Assembly: GCF_006345805.1 (NCBI RefSeq)
Contig: NC_042999.1
Coordinates: 124,868,001-124,932,000, forward strand
Direction: 5' to 3'
Origin: Octopus sinensis
Taxonomy: Eukaryota
Length of the DNA: 64,000 nucleotides
The notes beneath the pieces were generated by a model, which ran no database searches, was not told where the DNA came from, and saw nothing but the letters and a program-made list of their open reading frames with translations. The first letter of the stretch is position 1. Each line of letters starts with the position of its first letter. The position numbers were made by a program, and so were the translations under genes. Below are positions 39,450-51,400 of the stretch, one piece after another.

Positions 39450-42400
39450 TCTGACTTGTTCTCTTTCTCTCTTCCAATACATTCTCTACTGTAAGTTCCA
39501 ACCTCATATTTAAAAACTCTTTGTTGATATTGTTTAATAAAAACAGTTGGTTACTCCTAAATGTGAGCTGTATTTTCTTTAATAGGTATGTTCCAGCTTT
39601 TATGTCAAGGTACAGCTGATTTGATACTAGACTGCTGCACTGATTTCTGGAATGGAAAAGATTTGTGTACTCTTACTGATTCTGATAGGCAAGTTTCCAT
39701 GTCTCTAATTTTCATGTTTGTTCCATAAAAGCATAAAACACCATAAAATATCAGCTAAACTAACAGCAATTTCATGCCTGTATTTTATTTATTTATTTTT
39801 TAAATTTCACTTTACTTATGTTACCTGTTCTTTTTGCAAAGATTGTAAGCAATAGAACTTGTTTTCAACTCTCTGAAAATATGGTGTCTATCAGACCAAT
39901 GTAGCATCCTCTAAATGGTCTCTTGACCTGTGCTAGAAATAGCAACCAAATCTCAATTTATACCCTAGCACCTCAAAAAAAAAAAAAAGGAAAAGACGCA
40001 TTGGACAATGCAGTTCTAGATGCACAATGCCCTAAAAAGATGGGTGGTCATGACTTGAATGCTTTTAATTATACATTTGCCTAATCAGATCTAGCACAGG
40101 GTTAAAACAAAAGAATATTGTGCCTTTATATATTGTTAAAAGAAACCTTATATCTTATATAAAAATTTATTGAACCCAGCTGAGATTATAAGAATTTTAA
40201 ATTGGAAGGTCCCAGCAGTTGATACATGCTGCAATGATTTCTGAAATGGATTAATCCTTAAATAAAATGAATGGTTTATAGATTTGAAAGCCTCCTACAC
40301 TGAACTACAATGAGTTTTTCTTTGTTTTTAATATTTATATATGAAGGTCTGTGAAGTGGTAGCAATGGTAGTGCTGAACTGAATACCTTGTATTTAGTTA
40401 CATCCTTTTATGTTCCAAGTTCAAATTCTGCCAGGGTCAGCTTTGCTTTTCACTCCCCAGGGGTTGATAAGGTAAGTACCTGTCAAGTATTGGGGTCAAC
40501 TATACCCTCACACAAAGTTTCCAGCCTTGTGCCAATGTTAGAAATCGTTGTTGTTCTGGTTTTTGTAACTAATGTTAAAGCAGATGAGTTACAAGCTGGA
40601 CAAGAGGCTTTACAGCTGTTTTCAGTTAAATTTAGATCCAAGTTTATTTTTACCATTCATCATTAAAGAGTTCGAATCTTGAGCCTCATAGAAGTGAGGG
40701 ATGAGTGGCGTAGAAGCACGACCTTCGAATGTTGGGCCTCACCGAGGTGATGACAAGTGGCTGAGACCTTTGGTGATTTACTGTGCTTGAGAAGATTCAA
40801 GCCAAGAGAAATTGTAGTCATGGCCATTGCCAGTGGCATGCAAAAAGCACCCATTACACTCTTGGAGTGGTTGGCATTAGGAAAGGCATCCAGCCATAGA
40901 AACCAGGCCAAAACAGACTGGAACTTGGTGCAGCTATCCAGCTTACCAGTTCCAGTCAAATGGTCTAATCCATGCCAGCATGGAAAGCAGATGTTAAATG
41001 ATGATGATCATCATCATCATTAAAGAGTTGATAAAAATTTTTTGATACCCTTAGCTCTTTTGTTATTTATTTCTGTTGAGATATATTGCTTTTGTTTCAA
41101 TTAATTTTGAAAATAATGAAGAATTTAAAATAACTTTAACATCATTAAATTGGTTTTTGGAACATGAATTAACAAGAAATTTCGATGGAAAATTTTAGTT
41201 CAGATCACATTAAGGCAGGAAGTTGGTATCATTGAAGTAAGGGTGGTCTTGGGTGGGTGGGTTTTTTGGTATCAAATTAGTTGTACTTGTTTCACAAGTG
41301 CTTTGATCTGAAATCATGTGTTGGATTAAAAGCTAATGCATAATGATAGAATCATAGTGGTCATTAAATCTTTTGCATTTAAACCAGTCATATCCAACCC
41401 AAATATTCTTCTTGCTTTATGTTCAAACTGGCTAGATCTAGCTTCTCACACCAACCCTACAATGTCATTACGTTTGGTGGAGTAATATTAATGTTAAAGG
41501 GTTAAACAAAATAACTGTTAAATAAAGAAATAAAAAATTAAAATGTGTTTTTAATAGCTAACACAATTCTGCCACAATAAAACCATTATAATTATTATGA
41601 GAGATGGAACTGTGGTGCCAATAAGCTCTTATGAACCTGAGTCTGTAACCATTAGCATTATTTCAGTATCTTTTGAGAAACCTTGCAATTTACACAATTT
41701 CTTATTACAATAATTAAAAAAATTGAAATATCTAGTTTCATGCCTTTATGGAAAATCTTTAATCTTGTTTCTATTCAATAAGGTCAATTTTGTTTTTCAT
41801 CTTCACAGAGGTCCATGAAAAAATAATCCTGGAATCAATTAAATGGACTACACCCTTCCACATAGCCTTCTGCTTGTGTTATAAATCATGATTGTTAATT
41901 TCTAAATACCATTTGTGAACTTGGCTTTTTTTTGTTTTTTTCTCTCTCTCCACAGAAAGAAGGTGTTAGATTTTTACCACCGAACTAGCATAGCTTCATA
42001 TTGTACAGCATTTTCTTATCGCCCACTCACTACTCAACTGACATCACCATTAAAAGACCTGTATATTGAACTACCTGCTGATTCTTCTTTTATGTGCCAA
42101 ATACAAAACCCTTCATCCAGGTATGAAAATGTTGGCTTGTATCTTTAACACCCTAGCCAAATTGTTGGTAATGGTTTTTTTTTTTTGGAAGTATTTTTTT
42201 TTACCTAAAATAAATATTGAAATAATAATATAGCCATTTGTATAGCACAGATGAAATGATACACTATGAAATTAACCATTAAACAATTTTAAATCTAGCA
42301 ATGATGATTTTCATCAGTTACATTATTGTCATGATCCTTTGGTGCTACCAACAAAAACAATGTAAAAACCAGCCACTGTCACCAGGTCATTCTGATGATG

Positions 42401-45400
42401 GCGCTGAGAAGGTTGTGAAACATTGATGGACTTGAGAATGTTATTGCTTCCATGCTAACATCACTGATGATTATTTACACCATCATATGATGTTAAGACA
42501 AGAGCGTACACACACACACAATTCAGTCTACCAAATCCGCTCACAAGGCTTTTGTTTGACCAGAGCTATAGTTACACATTTGCTCAATGTACCATGCAGT
42601 GAAACTGAACACAAGACTGCATGGTAGGGAAGCAAGCTTCTTAACTACACAGTCACACCTGCACCTATTCAAAACAAATGCATTTATAATGTGCCTATAG
42701 TAGAAAGGATTATTATTATTTCTATAATCTACGAAAACAAAAATAGACTTGTAAGATAAATTTTTTTATGAAATGGAAAATAATTCTTCATGCTAGCTTG
42801 ATATAAAAATAAATCCCCATTGAAAGTTATTTACTCCTTTCTAGTCATTTGTTTATATTTTATTTACTTCTTTACAGAAGAAATGAGTGTCTGAAACTAG
42901 ACAGTGGTAAGTTAACAAAACAGCATTGGTGCTTTAGTGCAGACTCCCTAGTAACAGATGATGGACCAAGCCCTCAAGATAATGTCCCAGCTTGTTTCCA
43001 GATGCAGTGCAGCCAAATTTTTATGGGTATGGTTGCCATGCAATATCAAGCTAGAATGGTAAGTTTGTATTTTGTAAAGTTTTGGTAATCTTTTTAAGGT
43101 ATGTAGGATAGAGGGGTAATTCTTTGAAAGATCTCTCCATTATATTGATTTAAAAAAAATTTACATGGTTTAGAGAAGTAATGGATAATACATTCGCTAT
43201 ATATCAGCAGTGACAGACTTTATCTATACTGTGACTGCAGAACACAAATCATTGACAAGCCCCAGGAAGGGTGAAACTTGTCTGGTGTTCTTGTGATTCA
43301 CTGCTGGGTCAGTATTTGTCCTCCAATGTATATTGTTTTTAACACATGTCTATGAAAAAATTTTCTCCCAAACAACACCACAGCATCAGATCTGTCTATG
43401 TGTGTGTGTGTTTCCACATCTCCATTTGAAAGCATTTTAGCAGTTGTGATGCTTTGTTCTTATTTTCCATAAATATTACATCCTCTACCTTAGCAATGTT
43501 GATCGTTTTGTTGTGTGACGGCCTGTAGAATAAAACTACCCTAATTAAAAAATAAGTAAAGGTTGATGACAGGAAAGGCATCCAACTATAAAATGCTGTT
43601 TTAGTAATTTTTGTCCAGCCCATGTGAGCATAGAAAAATCAGTCAGATGACAATGATGACTGTAATAGCAGCAGCATATTGTTGCAAATCAATTCAGAAA
43701 AGGTTATGTTTACTTTACTAATTTAATATTTTACTAATTTAGTAAAGTAAAATTTTGGAAAAGTACTAGAATATGGCAGAAACTAACCCTATGTCTGTCC
43801 AAAGCATTTTCATAAGCTTGTCCTAAACATCCATACTTGTTTTCAGACTTTTAGTTATCCCTTGTTTTATATGTCCTGAATAAACCTTTCTTTTTGTAAA
43901 TCCTAAGTTACTCTGGTAGTTGAAAAAAAAGATTGGAAATGTATCTCTTATTATAAAAGGCAGATTTTATCTGCCTCCCTTTGTCAGTTATAGAAATCTA
44001 GAATATAGGATTTCTTCAATTACAATTTACCTAGCATTTTTAAGAGTAGAATGCATCGGGTCATGCCAGGTCCAGTTTTTAAAATTTAAACTCCAATTAA
44101 GCAAAATTTACAGAAAACTCACATTCTGGTGTGTATGTCAAATGCTTTTCTTAGTCTGGTTTACAGCACACGCAAACGCACACACACAGTGTGCAACGAA
44201 TAAAGTGAAACTAATTCACTGTGTGTGTGTTGACAGGTAGACAATAGAATGCGATGGCGATGGCCATGATATATGTGTTTCTGTCTATCACGCTGATAGA
44301 TACATGAGTAAAATGTATGGCGAGATAAGAGTGAGTGAAAATGTTCTTGGAAGAGAGTAAATAGCGACAGTGATTTGAGGAAGACTAAACTGAAAGTATG
44401 AAACAGTGTTTATGTATAAACAGATGACACTTATATATAGTTATTTATAAATGTATGCATCCGTTTAACCCTTTCGTTACCAAACCGCCCGAATTTACCT
44501 ATTCATATTTAAATGAGAATATCAGAGTAAATCCCTTTAGTACATTCGTGAAAACACGTATTATACTTCGTAAACACTTCAAATACAGTTTTGTACAAAA
44601 ATCGAAGTGTAATTTTAATTCCGTGAATTATGGGAGATTTTTTTCCGAAATTTGTTCCTATTGTGTTTTCAAAATTTGTAATTCTGACAAAAAATGGATA
44701 CGAATTTCATTATATCAAGCAGCGAGTCAGAATTCGAAGGATTTTCTACTGAAGACCTTCATAAATCTAACTCTATGACTGAAAAAAAAAAGCATCTTTA
44801 TATAAGAGTGAAGTTGTGTGTCTGTCTCCTACGATTTAGATTCCTAACTACTCCCACATTTTGCGGTGCAGTTTAACCAAAAGCGGGTATCTTATAGTCG
44901 TGATTCATATCGAGCCCTTCTGGGTATTAGTGCGCATCTACGATGAGTCTACGATTTTAAAAAAATTTACCATCATATTTTTCCATTTTAATGCATTTTT
45001 TCGCTTTTATATAAGGGAAGTAACTCTCTAAAAATATCTACGATGTGTCAACGATTTAAAAAAAAAATTTACCTTAATTTTTTTTCAATTTTTAATGCAT
45101 TTTTTTGCTATTTTTTGGCTATAACTCTCTAAAAATGCTTATATAGTTATTTCCCTTACAACCCGAGCAACGCCGGGCGATACTGCTAGTATTATATATA
45201 ATGCATAGATGCGAGGGAAATAAGTCTTGTGTATCACATGTGACATACAGGACAGGTAAAGGGTTAAAGCTATGTTTACAGACTGAAATTGTTCAGGTGC
45301 AAATAATTAACTAATGTTTTGCTAATAATCAGTTTTATTTCTGAAGAACTGTAATACAATGTAAAAATTTACTGGTCTGGCACAAGGCTGAAGATAAACA

Positions 45401-48400
45401 AGTTTAGAATTTATATCTTATAACTGAAAGGCTCCTATTTCTAGTACTCAGAGTTACTTGTTTCCGATCATCAACTGCTAAACCAAGCCTGGTTTTGTAT
45501 TAGGTCTTGTAATTTGTTGCTTCTGGTGAATTAACAGTCTGACGTATATCAATCATCATCATTTAGTGCCTGCTTTCCATGCTGGCATGCATTAGACAGT
45601 TTGACTGGAACTGGTAAGCTGGAGAACTGCACCAAGTTCTAGTCTGATTTGGCATAGTTTCTATGGCTGGATGCCCTTACTAACACCAACCACTCCAAGA
45701 GTATAATGGGTGTTTTTTACATATCACCAGCACAGGTGCCAGTTATGTGACACCAGCATCAGCCACGACTATAATTTCAGTTTCAAATCTAAAACAATTA
45801 GGAAAATAACTTGTGATATAATGATATTGATATATTAATGTTTGATTGTACCTAAATTTTCTCTTTTCCAGGAGTTTGTGCAAATGATTGATAAACTTGA
45901 AACTGCGTTCATAAGATTTGTGCATTTTTCAAATGAAAATGAACTCAGAAGTAGGGTATGTATCCATCAGTAAAAATTTTAATGAAGGTTTCTAACTTAG
46001 GCATGAAGCCAGGAATTTGGGAGGTGGTGATTAAGTCAATTCTATTACTTAACTGGTACTTTACTTTATCATCCCTGAAAAGATGAAAGGTGAAGTTAAC
46101 TTCGGTGGGATTTGAACTCGAAACATAAAGGGCCAAAATAAATACTCTGAGTTTGCAAACCCACCTGCCAAATAAACATTTTAATAATAATCCTTTTTAC
46201 TATAGGCACAAGGCCTGAAATTTTAGGGGATGGGTAAAGTCGATCACATTGACTCCAGTACTTGACTGGTACTTAATTTATCGACCCCAAAAGGATGAAA
46301 AGCAAAGTCAGCCCCAGTGGTATTTGAACTCAGAACATAAAGACAGATGAAATGCCACTAAGCATAATAATACTTTCTACTTTAAGGCACAAGACCTGAA
46401 ATTGAGATGGGGGCTAGTCAATTACATCAACCCCAGTCCTTCACTGGTACTTATTTTATTAACCCTTGAAGGATGAAGTGCAAGTTGACCTTGGTGGTAT
46501 TGGAACTCTGAATGTAAAGGCAGTAGAAATGTCACTAAGCATTTTATCTGGCATGCTAATGATTCTGCTAGTTTACTACCTTTTTTAAAAGAATTTACTT
46601 CAGCAGGATTTGAATTCAGAATGTAGAGTTGCAATCCCATACCATTCCCAAACAACTCTACCAAATAGCTGCTTGTGCATTTAACTACAATAATAATAAT
46701 CCTTTCTACTATAACACAAGGCCTGGAATCTTGCACGAGAGAGTTAGTTGATTATATTGACCTCAGTGTTCAACTGGTACTTATTTCATCAACCATGAAA
46801 GGATAAAAAGCAAAGTCAACCATGGTGAGATTTGAACTCAAGATGTAAAATTGGGCAAAATGCCACTAAGCATTTTATCTGGTGTGCTAATGATTCTGCC
46901 AGCATGTCACTTTATTAATCTCCCCATATAACAGTGCTTTTCAAACTTTTTGCTGGAGCGGAACCCCAAGGAAACATTCCACTGGCTCGAGGAACCCCTG
47001 TGCAATAATTTGTCTTATGCACACATATCTGCACAGGAGAATTAAAAATTACTGCCGATTTTAGCAGTTTTGTAACTTCTTGTGGAACCCCTGGACTGTA
47101 CTGGCGGAACCCTGGTTGAAAACCTCTGCCATATAATAATGAGCACAGTGTTTTTATATATTTGTGTGTGTGTGTGTATTTCCAAAATCACACTGTAGGA
47201 GTGACAGGAGAGGAGAGAAAATAGTAATTCGGTGAAGAAGTAGTAAGAGTAATAGCCACGACTGCGAGGGGGTAAGAGAAAGTAATAGAAATGGGAGAGA
47301 GGAAGTGGCAAAGAGAGCATTGTGTATCTTCTACTATAATAATACTCTTGCATATTTCTCCGTCAAAACATATGAATGAGAAAGGAAGGGGTGATTCACT
47401 GATGGAAGTGGGATAGTGAAAAGTCAACAGTGAAACAAAAATCAAACAGCGCTTCAACTCTATGTGAGTATGAGTGTGTGTGTGTGTAAAAGAGAGGAAT
47501 GTGTTTGTGTAAAATACATTTATATATTAGAGTGAGTGTATATGTGTTTGTGTGTGTTTTAGAAAGATACATAGAAATAGAATTACACACATATACACAT
47601 TTACACATATATTATATATATAAACAGATACACTTAAAAAGGAAGGAAGCAGGCTGTGACAAAGTATAGAAAACCGCGTTCACTACAGACTGTGCTATCA
47701 TACGTATAAATGTATACATATGCACATGCACAGTTGAAACACTGTTTGATTTTTTTTTTTCACTTTCTTGTCCCCTTTTTACCTATAAAATACAATTAGC
47801 TGTGATTTTTGATGGCACATAAGGATCAGCTCATAATATTAATAATAAAGAACTCTTATTTTGCTAAAGGAGTGCCTAAAATTTGCATCTTTCTCTGTTT
47901 TTCAAAATTTCTCTTTGAATTTTTCTTTGGTTTGTCATTTCCTTTTAACTTTTAATTTCAGGTATTTTCAGAGAAAATGGGTTTAGAAGCTGGTTGGAAT
48001 TGTCATATTTCTTTAGCATCACCACTAAAATCTGAGGAAATATTCATGCCAGGGACATCTCAGGGAGAATTATCTCATCGTACATCAAAATATTCCAGTC
48101 GAGTCTCAAATGATACAATAGGGAGGGACTCTCATGGTTTGAATACTAAACTAAAGCATTACCAACAACAGCAGAACTTGCCCTTCAAGCAAAATCTTGG
48201 CAGTGGAATGCACAGTCGAAGTTTCAGTGCACCTAGTGTTATCAACCTCGACATGTATCTCGTCAAATTTGATGATAGTTCTTCTACCATTCAAACCAAC
48301 TGCGATACCACATTTTGTACTAATCCTGAATTCCAAAAAGAAATGGAAAATGTTGAAAAAGATAGTCTCCTCAGGGACCCTTTAAATGACTCAGGTGAAC

Positions 48401-51400
48401 TGTTGACTTCACAGACCAGTGCGTCTTCTGACGAATATAATAGTGAGGATGACCACTGTTCTGAAAGTCATCTAACGTCTAGTTGTGTTACTGATAACAC
48501 AGAATTCAGCTTGCCAGGAGTTCTAGATAATCGGGCAAGTATTTCCTCTCTCTCCTGTTTTACCTTTTTTTTTTTTTTTTTCATGAATTCTAAAATTCTA
48601 AAATAAAATTGGACGGTATTGTATTAATAGGTACAGGCATGACTATGGTAAGAAGTGTGCTTCCCAACCACATAGTTCCAGGTTCAGTCCCACTGTTGGC
48701 ACAGCATCTTAGGCAAGTGTTTTCCACTATAGCCCCAGGCAAACCAAAGTCAAGTGAGTGGATTTAGTAGATGAAAACTGAAAGAAGCCTGTCATGTATG
48801 TGTGTATTTTTTGGTGTTTGTCCCGAACCACTTGACAACCACTGTTGGTTTGTTTATGTCCTCGTAACCTAGCTATCTGAGAAAGAGAGACCACTAGACT
48901 AACTACCAGGTTTTGGAAAAAAGATAAGTACCGGGGTTAATTTGATCAAATAGAAAAAAGAACCATTCAAGGAAGTACCCCAGGATGGCCATAGTCTACA
49001 GGCTGAAATAAATAATAGATAGAAGATATGATATTCCTTTGTGTTCATCTAAATTGAGTTCATTCACATTTAATATTCAGCCATGCATTAATTAAAATGT
49101 TTTGCTACTTATAATTTTGTAACTCCTCTATGTAAACTATATATGTACGCATACTGAATTACAATACAAACTAGATACACATTGCTTAAGTTTATTACTA
49201 TGATAGTACTTTCTTAATGAGTATGACAATTCATTTATTGATAGATTACTACTGTTCTGTTTTCTTGACATCAAAATCAAGGAAAAAAATATATTGAAAA
49301 TCTTTAATTCCTTGCAAACACTTTCTGAAAATGGCACAATCTTGTTATGCGTGCTGTGTAGTGGCTATTTCAAATCTGGTCATTTCATTTTTGCATGATG
49401 CTTGTTAATTAGTAAAAGAACATGTTTGTTATGAAAGAAATGTTTGTAAGCTGTTTTATTTGATGCAGTTGTGTGTTGGTGTTAGGAAGGGCATCCAACT
49501 GTAAAAATCCTGCCAAAACTGAAGTCTGGTGCAGGCTTCTGCCTGGCCAGCTCTTGTGAAACCATCCCATCCATGCTAGCATGGAAGGCAGACATTAAAT
49601 GATGATGATGATTTATGTATTTGAAGCATGAGGAATAATCTATATAAAATATGAGAAACAAAGGAAAAATTTGTTAATATCATCACTTAACATTCACTTT
49701 CCATGTCAACATGGGTTAAAGAATTTGACAGGATCCAGTAAGTTGCAAGGTTACATTGGGATCTAATGTCAGCTTTGGTATGGTTTCTATGGCTAGATGC
49801 CCTTCCTAATGCTAACAACTTTACAGAGTGTACTGAATGCCTTTTTCCATGCCATTGGCATTAGTGATTTTGCCAATCTGTCCCTCATTTGTGAAATATA
49901 TAAAAAATAAAAAAATATTTTAAAATATTCATTTACTGTAATTTGTGGTAAGTTCTCTAAAATTAAGATTGTTCTACAATTTTCCCAAGTAGTGCTGATC
50001 TGATTTTAATTTCATATTTTTATCTAAAGCAAGATAATGGAAAAGAAAATGGAATAGCATTTATTTTGTTGTTTAAATCCTAGATTGACCTTGAACAAGC
50101 TGAAGTGGACACCTATCACTGAAGATGTGCATGAAATCATGTAATCTAGCAGTTCTGGCACCTATACTGGACAATTCTTGTCCGCTAATGATATATGTAT
50201 GTCTATTCTTAGAACTGTGCATCTGTATGAGAGGTTCTCTCAGGGCAAATATGTCAGTATTCTGTGTTCAAAGAATATGTCCCTATCAAATAGGATATAA
50301 AGACTACCATTTGGTGTTAATGCTGCTTCCATCACTAATATTTTATTTTTTTATAATACAAAGTATATCTAGGACAACATTAGCTAATGTATTTCCCTTT
50401 TCTTGAGATTGGAATGAAACTTGGCTGTTATTTCTGACAAGTGACATGACTACATTAGCTTTTGTTATTTACTATTATTTCAAGATTGTATTAAATACTA
50501 AAATAATATCAGAATTGGACAGGCTCTTTAATCTCTAAGGGTAGCCATGATATCCTTAAGTATTGGGAATGTAGCAAATAGTTCTACTTGAAAAAAACAT
50601 AACAAACCTTGTAAGTGAAAACAACTATTAAGTGAAAGACAGGCATGAAATGATGATAACAGTTTTTTGCTTCAAGTTACAGTATTTTTCAAAGGAAAAC
50701 TAAAATATCTTTAGTTGCTGTTTTAGAATAAAATATTGTCATCTAATTATAATATTTTCTTCTATAGGTACAAGGCCTCAAATTTTTGTGGAAGGAGGCT
50801 AGTTGATTACATCAAACTCAGTACTGGACTGGGACTTATTTCATTGATTCTGAAAGGATAAAAGGCAAAATTAACTTTGGCAAAACTTAAACTCAGAACG
50901 TAAAGACTAACAAAATACTGTAAATCATTTTGCCCAATGTGCTAACAATTTTGTCAGCTCTCTTGCTATTCATCTAGTTATAGAAATTAAACCGTTTGAG
51001 CGTTTGGATTTCAGAAATTTTAATACTCCAAGTTTAACTACTTGATAGATTTTGTTTCTTTTTAACATATTAAATTGAATTTCAATGAACAAACTGTTCA
51101 CTAATCCATGCTGATATCTGCCAACCAATAAATTCTCACACACAGTGAACAATATTCAGAACAGTAACTGGCATATTTATTCTTAATGTATTCTGACAGA
51201 TTTGAAAATGAATATGCTAATCATTGTTGTGCTTGCCACTAGAGAACAGCTTCTCTTTCATGACAAATAAGTGTTCATAGCACATTTACTTCATTAGTTC
51301 AAGTGTTTCTGAGATACCAGTGTTTCAACATCTTATATCTCATCAGCCAGAAGCATCCCCAGACCAATATTAAGTTTTTTTTTCATTTATCTCTTTTATT

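Noticed and set aside
42391-42430. CTGATGA...GAAAC hammerhead-like core
   Set aside because: Stem II is mostly G-U pairs, and stems I and III with a UH cleavage site cannot be formed.
47142-47696. Element bounded by AGCACAGT / ACTGTGCT inverted repeat
   Set aside because: Only 8 bp match and no TSD is identifiable; could be chance.
47962-47971. Alternative acceptor TTTTCAG at 47971
   Set aside because: The 10-nt shift breaks the frame and removes the conserved VFS/VFA residues.
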